A stretch of DNA of 64,000 bases from Leucoraja ocellata (taxonomy: Eukaryota), in contig JAWMAR010000010.1 of assembly GCA_036785375.1 (NCBI GenBank), positions 9,424,001 through 9,488,000 of the forward strand. The letters run 5' to 3'. The translations under genes and the position numbers were made by a program. This document shows positions 45,028-55,640 of the stretch, piece after piece; position 1 is the stretch's first letter, and each line of letters starts with the position of its first letter. The notes beneath the pieces are model-generated. The model ran no database searches and was not told where the DNA came from. It saw only the letters and a program-made list of their open reading frames with translations.

Positions 45028-46639
45028 GTAGTCAGATTTAATAAATTGCTGGTGTTGCTTCCAAAGACAGAGGCACTTATAATATTAGATCAGAATTGCA
45101 TCTTTCCGCTAATAGAGTCAATTATTAGTCAATTAATAATAGAATCAATTATTGTTGGTGACATTTCACCTACGAATATCAGACTATTTTCGCAGAGGTA
45201 AGGGCCAATTAGGCATAGCAAAAGGTATGAACACTTTTAAACATTTTTTCCCGACTATTTAGTCAAATGCAAATACAGGGAGAATGATCAAAGTGCTCAC
45301 ATGGCTCACTCTGTTAGAAGCGTTCTGAGTTTAAATGTTCCGTGTATTCCTTCTTAAAGTATAATTGTTTTGTGTGGCCAGGGGTGCGATTGAGAACAGC
45401 TAGGAAAGGGCGGAGGGGGCGTCACGAATAACAGCGTTTCCCTGGCCATATTATGGCCCATTCCCCAACCGTTACATTAATCAAGCTCTGTCTAACTCCG
45501 CCTTCACACCATCCCCCTGTGACATGGGTTAGTCATCGCTGGGCGGGCTGTGGGCCGAATGGCCTGTCAACGGGAGTCAGAGACTTGACACTGAGATCCA
45601 TTGTGCAGGAAGGAACTGCGGATGCTGGTTTTTACCGAAGATAGACACAAACGCTACCTGTTCATTTTCTCCAGAGATGTTGCCTGACCCATTGAGTTAC
45701 TCCAACATGTTGTGTCTGTGTTCACTATGAACATTGAATTATTTAATTTTAAGTAACTCACATTCTCTCTCTCTCTCTCTCCCTCGCCCCCCCCCCCCCC
45801 CCATGCAGTAAATGTCGGTTAACCAGTCCAAGGTTTGCAACGATGATTCCCTCTTGGGATCACACTATTCCTAGCCAACAATTGGCCTATCAGGGAACCA
45901 AATATAGACATAAAGTGCTGGAGTGACTCAGTGGGCCAGGCAGCATCTCTGGAGGAATGGGTTATGCGACATTTCGGGTCGGGACCCCTCTTCAAAATAC
46001 CCTGCTGAGGTCATCTGTTGTTGGCCCTGATTTGTCCCGGTCTTTTCTTGCTTCCAGTTCCCCCCTACAATCATCCCGAAGAAGGGTCCCGACCAAAAAT
46101 GGAATCTATTCCTTTTCTCCAGAGATGCTGCTTGGCCCGCTGAGTTACTCCAGCATTTTGGGTCTAACTTGCTGATTCAGACAGTTTTTGATTATCAAGG
46201 ATTCTGCGCTGACTCTTTACTCTGAAACACACGTTGGAAATTTAAACTTGGGCGCAACTAACATCGTCTTACTACCGTGGGAACACTTTAACTCAGCGGG
46301 CAGGTAGCAGTTGATTGTTGCTCCCTTCAGTTTCCCAGGGGGTCGGGACGGCACTGGAGTTGGGAGGGAAAGGTGGGGGAGTCGAGGGAGAGGAGGGGGA
46401 GACAGATGGGGGTGTCTTCATTTACTGGTGGCGGGTGTCTGTCACTGAAACAGGCAGGTGAGATCTCACATCCACCTTGTGTGTGCCTCTCTCTCTCTCC
46501 CTCCCTCCCTTTCACACAGGCCGAGAGACTCTGCCTCTGTGAGTGTACGTCTCTTCCTCCCCCCCCCTCTCCCACACACAGTAAGACCGAGGTACTGTGC
46601 TCAGTCCATCTGTGTCTCCCACATACACAGTAAAAGTCC

Positions 46640-46760
46640 CCCACCTCTCTCTTTCTCCCCCTCCCCACCCCTCTCTTTCTCCCCCTCCCCCACCTCTCTC
46701 TTTCTCCCCCTCCCCCACCTCTCTCTTTCTCCCCCTCCCCCACCTCTCTCTTTCTCCCCC
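46640..46760. repeat. ~24-bp CT-rich minisatellite (CTCTCTCTTTCTCCCCCTCCCCAC)
   Basis: 4-5 tandem units directly visible. Confidence 0.85.
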
Positions 46761-47524
46761 ACACACAATAAGACCGATGTATTCTGCTTAGTCTCTCTTC
46801 GCTCACACACACACAGATAGACCAAGGTCATGTGCGCTCTTTCTCTTCCGCCAGTCACCCCGAAGTACATCACACTGCCTCTGTGCCTCTCTCTCTCTGT
46901 CTCACTCCCCCTCTCTCCTAAGTAATGTGGCATATTCCTGCAGTAAAGTCACGGCAGTAGTACAGGCATGTCTCCAAATGAGCCAATTCAAGCAAGGGAG
47001 GATATTTATAGTGTGTGGAAAAAAAAGTGACATCATTTGTGCCACGTGATGATTTAATTACACTTGAAAGTTTACAATGTTCATTCAAGATTTAACGGGA
47101 AAGCTCGGGAGACGGACAAGTCACTCGCACAAATAACAGAAATGCCGAGTACCGTGGGAACTCTTTGTCTACCCCCCGTTATATCGTATGATATCGTGCT
47201 AGACCACGACCACTTCACTCTGGTTACATCTTGCGTCAAGTCGCCCCGTGAGATTAGGCCGGGAAACGTTTGCCCAGAGACTGTGTGGCCCTGCTTGATG
47301 GAGACAGAGTCTTTGTAGGAAAATAATTGAAATAACCAGTCGTGTGCTGACGTGGGAACGGGACGGGTAATGGGATGGGTAGGGAGTTATTCTAATTGTC
47401 TGCACGGAGCAGATGGTCCCACTGACTATCTTTCTGATCCCACAAATTATTCGTTGTTGCATCGGGGCAGTCGCTTCGCAAAAACTAATCTCTCTCCACG
47501 TCTTCATTTCCATTACAAACACAG

Positions 47525-47650
47525 TTAAACATCGCACTCATCGCACTGGTGACATTGAGTTATGTCCATCCAATCAATGTGTATTTCTATTGCCGACGGG
47601 AAACCCGCAGACGGATACTCGAAGCTACACCAGTTCCTGCCCAACAATGA
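47525..47650 (+). CDS. SLC43A3: SLC43A3-like terminal exon
   Basis: ACACAG|, phase 0; LNIALIALVTLSYVHPINVYFYCRRETRRRILEATPVPAQQ*, matching the family end xNx..HP..VY..C. Confidence 0.85.
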   Translation, partial: LNIALIALVTLSYVHPINVYFYCRRETRRRILEATPVPAQQ

Positions 47651-48402
47651 TGGATATCTGAGCCGGACAGGGCGGTGCAGGGCGTTTGTTGTTGTTTACT
47701 TTGTGAGATCGTCTGCAGTCGGTACTTGATACTTCCATAGATACTTCAGTCCTAACAATAATTAATCACTGTACACATAAGGCCGCGTTCTCGGTTTGTT
47801 CCGTGGACAATCGTTTTCATTTTGTATTATTTAAATCTTGATCCATTGGACAATGGCTGCACGATATCTCGTCTATCATTCACATACATATCATGATTTT
47901 GCAAAAACTGTATCTGATCAAGCAACCATCGAAAACGAAAAACTGAACCCGTTTTTTAAATTCAATGCAGATAATATATGCCCTTCCTCCTTTGAATAAT
48001 TTAGGTAAAGTCCTTTTTTAGCATCATCAATCCATTCCATCTTATCTGCGATGTCATGCCCAAAATGAACTCGATGCTATTAACTATGATTGAAACATGT
48101 ATTTAGGGACAGGGTACCTTCCTAGCTCTTTTAGGCTATATCTCTTTTCAGAAATTCCGAGTCCCCAAACTGCTCCACCATTTCAATCAATTATCCACCT
48201 GTATTCCCAAATCTCTCTATAGGTGTGGCCTATTTAGAAATGTGACTTTGGGACTTCCGGTGGCGCTATGGAGACCTAAAGTCCAGCGCCAACCAGCTCC
48301 GACTCGAGGAAGGGAAAAAACGGGAGAAAACGGGACCTACCTGCAGCGATCGTAATCTGAAACGGCAGCCTGCGTGACGTCATCAGGCCTGCGACTCAAG
48401 AT

Positions 48403-49416
48403 ATGTCGATACAACACTCCCCCCCCCGTGGAAGAAGATCGGGTAAAGGAAGATCCCAGACGGAAGAAGAAGGCCCTACAGAAGCCTCGGCCTCAGTTAC
48501 AGTGATGGCCCAAGAAGAATTTCCAAAGAAACCCAAAGGGAGAAAATCGGAAATGGATGATCTGAGAATCTTTTTGGCTGCTGAACTGAAGATTTTTGGA
48601 GAGAAATTAGACACCTTCAAGGTAGATCTTAAAGCAGAAATACACACCACAGTTGAACAAATGTTTGAAAACTGGAAGCGGACGAGGGAGGAAGAGGTCA
48701 AGAACCAGATGGAAGAGATGGAAACTAGACTCGTTTCGTTGGAAACAAAGGCTCAAACAGAGATGGACCCTATCCGCCACGAACTTAATCAACACAGAAT
48801 AGCAATAACCGAGCTTGAGAAATGTGCGGCGACAAGTGCAGAAACAGTAAGTCAGCTTCTTATTGAAAACCAACGTCTCACAAGTATGGTGAGCAAACTA
48901 AATGATAAATGTATTGATCTGGAAGGGCGTCAAAGACGTAAGAATCTAAGAATTGTAGGGGTGAAAGAAGGAAGCGAGAGGGAAATGGGCACTCGGGATT
49001 TCGTGGCAGACCTTCTACATAAAGTCTTAACACTGGAACACAAACCTCTACTCGGTCGTGCCCATAGAGCACAGCGACGTCGGACGCAAGAGGTTGCCCA
49101 CCCAAGACAAATAATTGTAAAAGTCCTACAAGATCATGAATTTGATGAGATAATGAAGAAAAGTGTTCGGAGCGGTCAACTTCTTTTTGAAGGCGTGAGA
49201 TTTAGCATATACCGAGATTACTCGACAGAGGTCTTCAAGAAAAGAATGCTGTTCAATGAGACCAAAAGAATATTGAAGAGTGTACCGGATTTGAAATACA
49301 GCCTACTCTATCCCGCAAGACTAAGAGTCACCTACAATTCCAATGAGTTATTTTTTACAGACCATGAAAAAGCACTCGAATTCGCCAAGAAAGTCGGTAA
49401 CACACCTCCAGACTGA
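48403..49416 (+). CDS. L1 ORF1p (coiled coil, RRM, CTD)
   Basis: DLEGRQRRKNLRIVGVKE, RAHR, IYRDYS, LYPARL motifs. Confidence 0.92.
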   Translation: MSIQHSPPRGRRSGKGRSQTEEEGPTEASASVTVMAQEEFPKKPKGRKSEMDDLRIFLAAELKIFGEKLDTFKVDLKAEIHTTVEQMFENWKRTREEEVKNQMEEMETRLVSLETKAQTEMDPIRHELNQHRIAITELEKCAATSAETVSQLLIENQRLTSMVSKLNDKCIDLEGRQRRKNLRIVGVKEGSEREMGTRDFVADLLHKVLTLEHKPLLGRAHRAQRRRTQEVAHPRQIIVKVLQDHEFDEIMKKSVRSGQLLFEGVRFSIYRDYSTEVFKKRMLFNETKRILKSVPDLKYSLLYPARLRVTYNSNELFFTDHEKALEFAKKVGNTPPD

Positions 49417-50445
49417 AGAATCTACATCACTCCTTAGGAGACATGGTCTACGATGACCGCCAGATCTAAAAGGACCTTTAAAATTTGTTCAAGAACTTTA
49501 AAGACACTTGGAAACCGAAAATGATGGAGGACATTGGATAAAAACTGCGATCTTTCGAGGGTTTTTCCCTCTTTTTTCTCTTTTTTTGTTTGGGCTCTTC
49601 AACGGTTACTAATTACTGCTATTATATATAAATTCATATTAAACTATATAGGTAACAACTAATACTTATTAAATATCTTTATTTCCACTAAAATTATTAA
49701 CATTATTAATTCTTATAAAAGTTAATACGGTATAAGATGGATAACAATGATCAATAACTAATAGTCTTTGATAAATGAAGAAAGGAATTACATAATATAG
49801 TATATAGAAAGATATGTAAGAGGTAAATCAACCTATATGATAATTATGATTGACGGGTTTCCTTTTCTTTTTTTCGCTCTATCTTTCAATTTAAAATCAT
49901 TTTGCTGTCTTGAACCTTTCTGCAGGGTTACGTGTTGACACTAGTATACATGTGGGTATGCATACATATATATATATATATATACGTGTTCGTAGGTAGG
50001 TGCATATATATTGTGTGGGTATAAGTATGACTAGGTAAATAAGTTTGATACTCCCAAAGAAGTTGATTGAATGTTAAATATAATTTCCCTTTTTTTTTTT
50101 TTTTTTTCTTTCCTCTTCCTCGGGCACGGAGCTGGGAATTTTCTCATTTTACAAAGGCTACGGAAGTCTTTAGAATTCTAGCCACGTTAGTGTGGCTATC
50201 ACTAACTACACTAATTGTAGATGTAGTTCTTTTTTCTTCACCCTACACTAACCAACCCTATCACTTTTCTTTCTTTAAATACTTCTTTAACTCAAGGTTT
50301 GAATGGAAAAACAAGACCAAGGCAAGGAGATATGATCGGAAGAATGATGTATTTGAATTTAAATTCATCTATCTGAGGTTTGGGAGCAGGGTCAGGTTCT
50401 ATGTGTTGTTCCTTCTACCCGGTTATAGACCACCACAAAAGCAAT

Positions 50446-53400
50446 ATGCAAGATGCTAACATGACAAGAAGGGGTCAGGGAATAACATTTTGTAGTTGGA
50501 ATGTCAAGGGAATCAATGAACCAATTAAGAGAAGTAAAGTTTTGGCACACCTAAATCAAATCAAAACAGATATAATATTTCTTCAAGAGACACATCTTAA
50601 AAAGGAATCACAACACAGACTTAAAGCTAAGTGGATCGCTGAATCATATCATTCTTCTTTTTCCCACAAGTCAAGAGGAGTAGCAATAGTAATTCGTAAA
50701 GGAATTCCTTTTGCGACCTCCTCAATAATAGTGGATATGGATGGCAGATATATTATAGTGGTTGGAGAGTTAAATGGTGAAAAAGTGATCCTTCTAAATG
50801 TTTATGGGCCTAACTTCGATAACCCCACTTTTTTTAACAAAACATTTAATAAAATTCCTGAATTTGCACAATACAAATTAATAATTGGAGGAGACTTCAA
50901 TTGTACATTAGACCCATACTTAGATAGATCATCAAGGCAAAAAAAATCAACATCCAACTCAAGTGTTTTTTTAAATTCATTTATTAATACCACTAATATT
51001 AAGGATATCTGGAGAATAGAAAACCCAACCGGACGGGAATATTCATTTTATTCACCAGTACACAAAACATACTCAAGAATAGATTACTTTTTAGTTGATT
51101 CTACGTTTATTCCATTTACTTATAATTCAAAATATCATAACATTATAATCTCAGATCACGCACCGGTAACATTCATGATTAAATTAAATGGAATGTCCGA
51201 GAAACAAACATATTGGAGACTTAACCCGCAAATCTTGAACGAAAGATCATGCCAGGAATATATTATTAAACAAATTCAAATATTTTTTGAGGTAAATGAC
51301 AACCCTGACACACCTGCTTCTCTTATGTGGGAGACGTTCAAAGCGTATGTTCGAGGTACATTAATCTCTGCCCAAGCATTTTATAATAAAGAAAACAGGA
51401 TTAAACAAAAAGCACTGGAAAGTGAAATTAAGCAACTAGATACAGAAAACGCGAGAACGCCATCTACGTTAAAACATAATAAAATTGCTGTACTGAAATA
51501 TAAATTAAATAAAATGTACTCAGAACAAGTAATAAAACTTTATCAAAAAACCAAACAATTACAGTTTGAATTTGGAGACAAACCACAAAAATTATTAGCA
51601 CGCCAGCTGCGAAAAATGGAAGGGGAAAAAATAATTCATAAAATTAGAACAGAGACAGGAGAATTATTAAAAATGCCCAAGGATATAAATGATAGATTTC
51701 TACAATACTATCATAACCTTTATTCAACTAAAACTGTAGCACAATCAGAAGGAATAGCAGATTTTTTAATAAAATGTAATTTAAAAGGTTTAGATTCAAA
51801 GGATAGAGAATTATTAGAAAGGGAAATCACGATAAAGGATATTGAGGAGTCTATTGGCTCTCTTAAAAATGGTAAGGCAGTAGGGCCAGATGGTCTAGGT
51901 TCAGAATTTTACAAGAAATTTCATGATTTGCTGTGCCCACGCTTGCAAAGACTATATGATTATATCTACACCCAACAGAAACTCCCAGATACCTTAAATG
52001 AATCTATAATAACGCTTATTCCTAAAGCTGATAAAGATCCGGAAGATCCGGGATCATACAGAGCAATTGCACTTCTGAATACAGACCAGAAAATACTAAC
52101 TAAAATACTAGCACGTAGATTAAGTACAGTGATGAATAAATTAATACACCCTGACCAAACAGGCATTATTCAGAAACGGTATTCATATTATAACCTAAGA
52201 AGATTATTTAATATTATATATACCAAGAGAATTATTAATGAAGATTTAGCAATAATCTCACTTGACGCTGAAAAAGCATTTGATCAGGTCGAATGGCCTT
52301 ATTTATTTTCGGTGATGGAAAAGATGCAGCTAGGGGAGAAATTTTGCACATGGATAAAACTGCTATACACAAATCCTACGGCCAGAATACTTACCAACCA
52401 AAGACTGTCATCTAAATTCAGTTTATCTAGAGGGTGTAGACAAGGATGCCCGTTATCTCCATTACTATTTGCACTTGCAATTGAGCCACTTGCAGAAAGA
52501 ATTAGGGGGCATCCGGAAATATATGGGTATAACAGTAAAGACACAGTGAATAAAATTTCTCTATATGCAGATGATGTATTAATTTACATCACAAAACCAG
52601 AAATTAGTATCCCAAACCTATTAAAACTAATAAACCAATTCGGTGCACTTTCAGGATACAGAATAAATTGGAATAAAAGTGAAATTATGCCAATAAGGGA
52701 ACATAATAAACAGATAATACAACAATTCCCATTTAAAGTAGTAAATGAAAAATTTAAATATCTAGGTATCTATGTAACTAAGATATATACATCATTATTT
52801 AAAGCAAATTTCCCCCCATTATTGAATAAATTACATAAGAATATCCAATACTGGAAAACATTACCTATTTCAATGGTTGGTAAAATTAATGCCATAAAAA
52901 TGATTTTTTTACCGCAAATATTATACCTTTTTCAGACGATTCCGATATACCTGGCAAAAAACTTCTTTAAAAAATTGGACTCTATTGTTAATGATTTTAT
53001 CTGGGATTATAAGAATCATAGGATAAGCAAAAGACACCTGTGTAAATCAAAAAATAATGGAGGCTTGGTTTTACCTAACTTTTTGTTTTATTACTGGGCA
53101 GTTAATATTAAAAATATGAACTTCTGGTTGGGAGAAATAGACCAGCAACCAGACTGGTTAAAACTGGAAAGGGAAGATTGTATGCCTTATGATATTGGTT
53201 CGATATTATTTGCTACGTCTAAATTAAACAAGAAAATTTATAAGGAAAACCCTATAATATTTAGTGCTATAAAAATTTGGAAACAATTAAAAAAGACATT
53301 AAAATTAGATAACTTATCTCTTTTTCTTCCAATTGTGAATAATTCATTGTTTAAGCCTTCATGTTTAGACGGGGGTTTTACACAATGGAAGAATAATGGA

Positions 53401-54261
53401 ATTAAAAATATAGGACACCTTTACAAAGAAGGCTCTTTTTTGACATTTCAGGAGTTGCAACAGATTTATGGACTTCGAGGAAATGATTATTTCAGATATC
53501 TTCAACTCAGAGATTATGTTAAATCGAATTCTAAAAATTTTCGAAATAGAAACCCAGAGATTCTTGATGAATGTTGGAATAAGCATCCTAATACAGAAAA
53601 ATTAATATCTTATATATATAATATCTTATTAGATAGTGACATTCCTTTGACGGACTTACACAGACAAGCATGGGAAAAAGAATTAAACCAGGTAATAACG
53701 AAAGACACTTGGGAAGAAAGTCTACAACACATACATCAATGTTCACTAAACGCGAGACATTCTCTAATACAATTTAAAGTAATACATAGGTTACACTACG
53801 CCAAAACAAAATTACATAAAATTTTTCAACATATCTCACCTATATGTGATAAATGTCAACATTTAGAAGCTACGTTATCGCACATGTTTACAAACTGTAC
53901 AAAAATTAAAAAATTTTGGGTAAATATTTTTAGTATAATATCCAAAGTAATCAACACACAACTGGAACCCAACTCAAAATTAATAATACTCGGAATATTA
54001 GAATCAAATCAAACACTTAGAATAACACAAAGAAACTTTATCGATTACAGTTTAATAACAGGAAAAAAATTAATCCTAAAATTTTGGAAAGGCCCTACGG
54101 CCCCCACAATCAAAATGTGGATTATAGAAATGACGGAGACCTTAAACATGGAAAGAATCAGATTTTCCCTGTTGGATAAACAGGAATTATTCGTTGGAAC
54201 ATGGTCTCCTTTTATTGATTATTTAAAGGGTCAGAATAGTTCAGCACAGGAACCTGACTAG
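50446..54261 (+). CDS. L1 ORF2p (APE endonuclease, RT, CCHC domain); start ATG uncertain (50401/50446/50461)
   Basis: SWNVKG, LQETHL, GGDFN, YSRIDY, SDH; GCRQGCPLSPLLF, LYADD; C-terminal CDKC..HMFTNC. Confidence 0.95.
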   Translation: MQDANMTRRGQGITFCSWNVKGINEPIKRSKVLAHLNQIKTDIIFLQETHLKKESQHRLKAKWIAESYHSSFSHKSRGVAIVIRKGIPFATSSIIVDMDGRYIIVVGELNGEKVILLNVYGPNFDNPTFFNKTFNKIPEFAQYKLIIGGDFNCTLDPYLDRSSRQKKSTSNSSVFLNSFINTTNIKDIWRIENPTGREYSFYSPVHKTYSRIDYFLVDSTFIPFTYNSKYHNIIISDHAPVTFMIKLNGMSEKQTYWRLNPQILNERSCQEYIIKQIQIFFEVNDNPDTPASLMWETFKAYVRGTLISAQAFYNKENRIKQKALESEIKQLDTENARTPSTLKHNKIAVLKYKLNKMYSEQVIKLYQKTKQLQFEFGDKPQKLLARQLRKMEGEKIIHKIRTETGELLKMPKDINDRFLQYYHNLYSTKTVAQSEGIADFLIKCNLKGLDSKDRELLEREITIKDIEESIGSLKNGKAVGPDGLGSEFYKKFHDLLCPRLQRLYDYIYTQQKLPDTLNESIITLIPKADKDPEDPGSYRAIALLNTDQKILTKILARRLSTVMNKLIHPDQTGIIQKRYSYYNLRRLFNIIYTKRIINEDLAIISLDAEKAFDQVEWPYLFSVMEKMQLGEKFCTWIKLLYTNPTARILTNQRLSSKFSLSRGCRQGCPLSPLLFALAIEPLAERIRGHPEIYGYNSKDTVNKISLYADDVLIYITKPEISIPNLLKLINQFGALSGYRINWNKSEIMPIREHNKQIIQQFPFKVVNEKFKYLGIYVTKIYTSLFKANFPPLLNKLHKNIQYWKTLPISMVGKINAIKMIFLPQILYLFQTIPIYLAKNFFKKLDSIVNDFIWDYKNHRISKRHLCKSKNNGGLVLPNFLFYYWAVNIKNMNFWLGEIDQQPDWLKLEREDCMPYDIGSILFATSKLNKKIYKENPIIFSAIKIWKQLKKTLKLDNLSLFLPIVNNSLFKPSCLDGGFTQWKNNGIKNIGHLYKEGSFLTFQELQQIYGLRGNDYFRYLQLRDYVKSNSKNFRNRNPEILDECWNKHPNTEKLISYIYNILLDSDIPLTDLHRQAWEKELNQVITKDTWEESLQHIHQCSLNARHSLIQFKVIHRLHYAKTKLHKIFQHISPICDKCQHLEATLSHMFTNCTKIKKFWVNIFSIISKVINTQLEPNSKLIILGILESNQTLRITQRNFIDYSLITGKKLILKFWKGPTAPTIKMWIIEMTETLNMERIRFSLLDKQELFVGTWSPFIDYLKGQNSSAQEPD

Positions 54262-55476
54262 CACCCGGACTAAAGATTGGATGAAATGCTATACTTCGAA
54301 ATGTACGAACATATCTCGAATGATGTTTTTAAACTTTAACAAATTTTTCCATTCTTCTTCAACTACCTCTTTCACTCCTTTTCCTTTTTTTATTTTTTAT
54401 TTTAGTTTTCTTTTTCCTTCTTCCCTCTCTCTATTTCATCTATCCCTTTAGCCCTATCTAGTTATAAAAAAAAATGAAGAAAAATGTAAAAAGTATTGGA
54501 GACAATGTAATAATAACTGACAATATTATCAATTTAAAAATGATGTAATAATGATGTAATAGATGTAATAGATCATGTACCTATCTCCAATAATAAAAAA
54601 TTAAATACAAAAGAAATGTGACTTTGTTTATATCGCATCTTCACTGTCCCAAATACTTACTCTGAGTATGAAACGTGATCTGTCAAAGTTTCGCCCATTC
54701 AAATATCTGTTACTGCATCTCAAAATAATGTGCCACCTACACGAATACTGCCACATCATTATTGAATTAAATATTACTGGTACCGCTTCCTGAGAAACTC
54801 TGTGGGATATTTTTCTTCATGCTAAAATAATTCAACTTTTCAAGACTGCATTATTCCACTAAATTCCATTTCGTCTAATCCTGATGCAAGCAATTGCTAT
54901 CTTCCGTCACAAAAAAAAAAATCAATCACATTAGTTAGAAAGGATAGGTCTTCTATAATTAACCAAAGTGGTTGAGTAATCAGTCGGTCAAGCACGTTTC
55001 TGAAAAGCATGGATTAGTGACGTTTCAGGTCGTGACACTTCTTCGGACTGTTTATAATAGGTGGGATCAAGAGTAAAGGGAGGAGGTGGCAAGAAAAAGC
55101 CTGACAAGTGATGAGTTGATGCGGGTGAAGGGTGGGGTGTTTGATTGGCAGAAAGTTGGAAAAGGACCAAGAGAAAAAAAGGTGTGAGATCAGAATAGAA
55201 GACGTATGACATTTGAAATTAGAGGATGTCATATCGGTGGCAGAGGCCAGGGAGAATGGTGAAGAGCAAAATAGATGCCCATCCTGGTGGGATAGAGCAT
55301 GGTTAAAGGAGGAGAGGGGGTGTTTGTAGGTTAGTTATCAAATTTGGACAACTGCATAGTTGTGAGCTACCCAAGCGGAACATAATTGCATTTGTAATTC
55401 ATTGTAATTCATTTATTTATTAGCTACATATGTAAACATACAAGGAATTTGATTTCCCAAGAGCCAAAAAAAAAGC

Positions 55477-55640
55477 AACATAGAAACATAAAAAATAGGT
55501 GCAGGAGTAGGCCATTCGGCCCTTCGAGCCTGCACCGCCATTCAATATGATCATGGCTGATCATCCAACTCAGTATCCTGTACCTGCCTTCTCTCCATAC
55601 CCCTTGATCCCTTTAGCCACAAGGGCCACATCCTCTTAAA
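55477..55640 (-). mobile_element. Short CR1 3' end
   Basis: CR1 3'UTR and tail nearly identical to 11290-11460. Confidence 0.85.

Larger units (their letters stand above)
43873..47260. mobile_element. TIR-bounded DNA transposon (Harbinger-like guess) with nested repeats, in the last SLC43A3 intron
   Basis: Perfect 22-bp inverted match TCTCACGGGGCGACTTGACGCA (43882-43903) / TGCGTCAAGTCGCCCCGTGAGA (47232-47253), extending imperfectly inward. Could be two half copies. Confidence 0.55.
48251..54611 (+). mobile_element. Full-length L1 retrotransposon
   Basis: 15-bp TSD AGAAATGTGACTTTG (48236-48250 / 54612-54626); GGACTTCCGG 5' end; two open ORFs; AATAAA and A-rich 3' end. Confidence 0.95.

Noticed and set aside
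45267-45274. ATGCAAAT octamer
   Set aside because: Isolated, with no Ig leader or V exon nearby; expected by chance.
45800-45823. ..CAGTAAATGTCGGTTAA (VNVG*) as the SLC43A3 last exon
   Set aside because: Out of frame at the acceptor and stops immediately; a complete last exon exists at 47525-47650.
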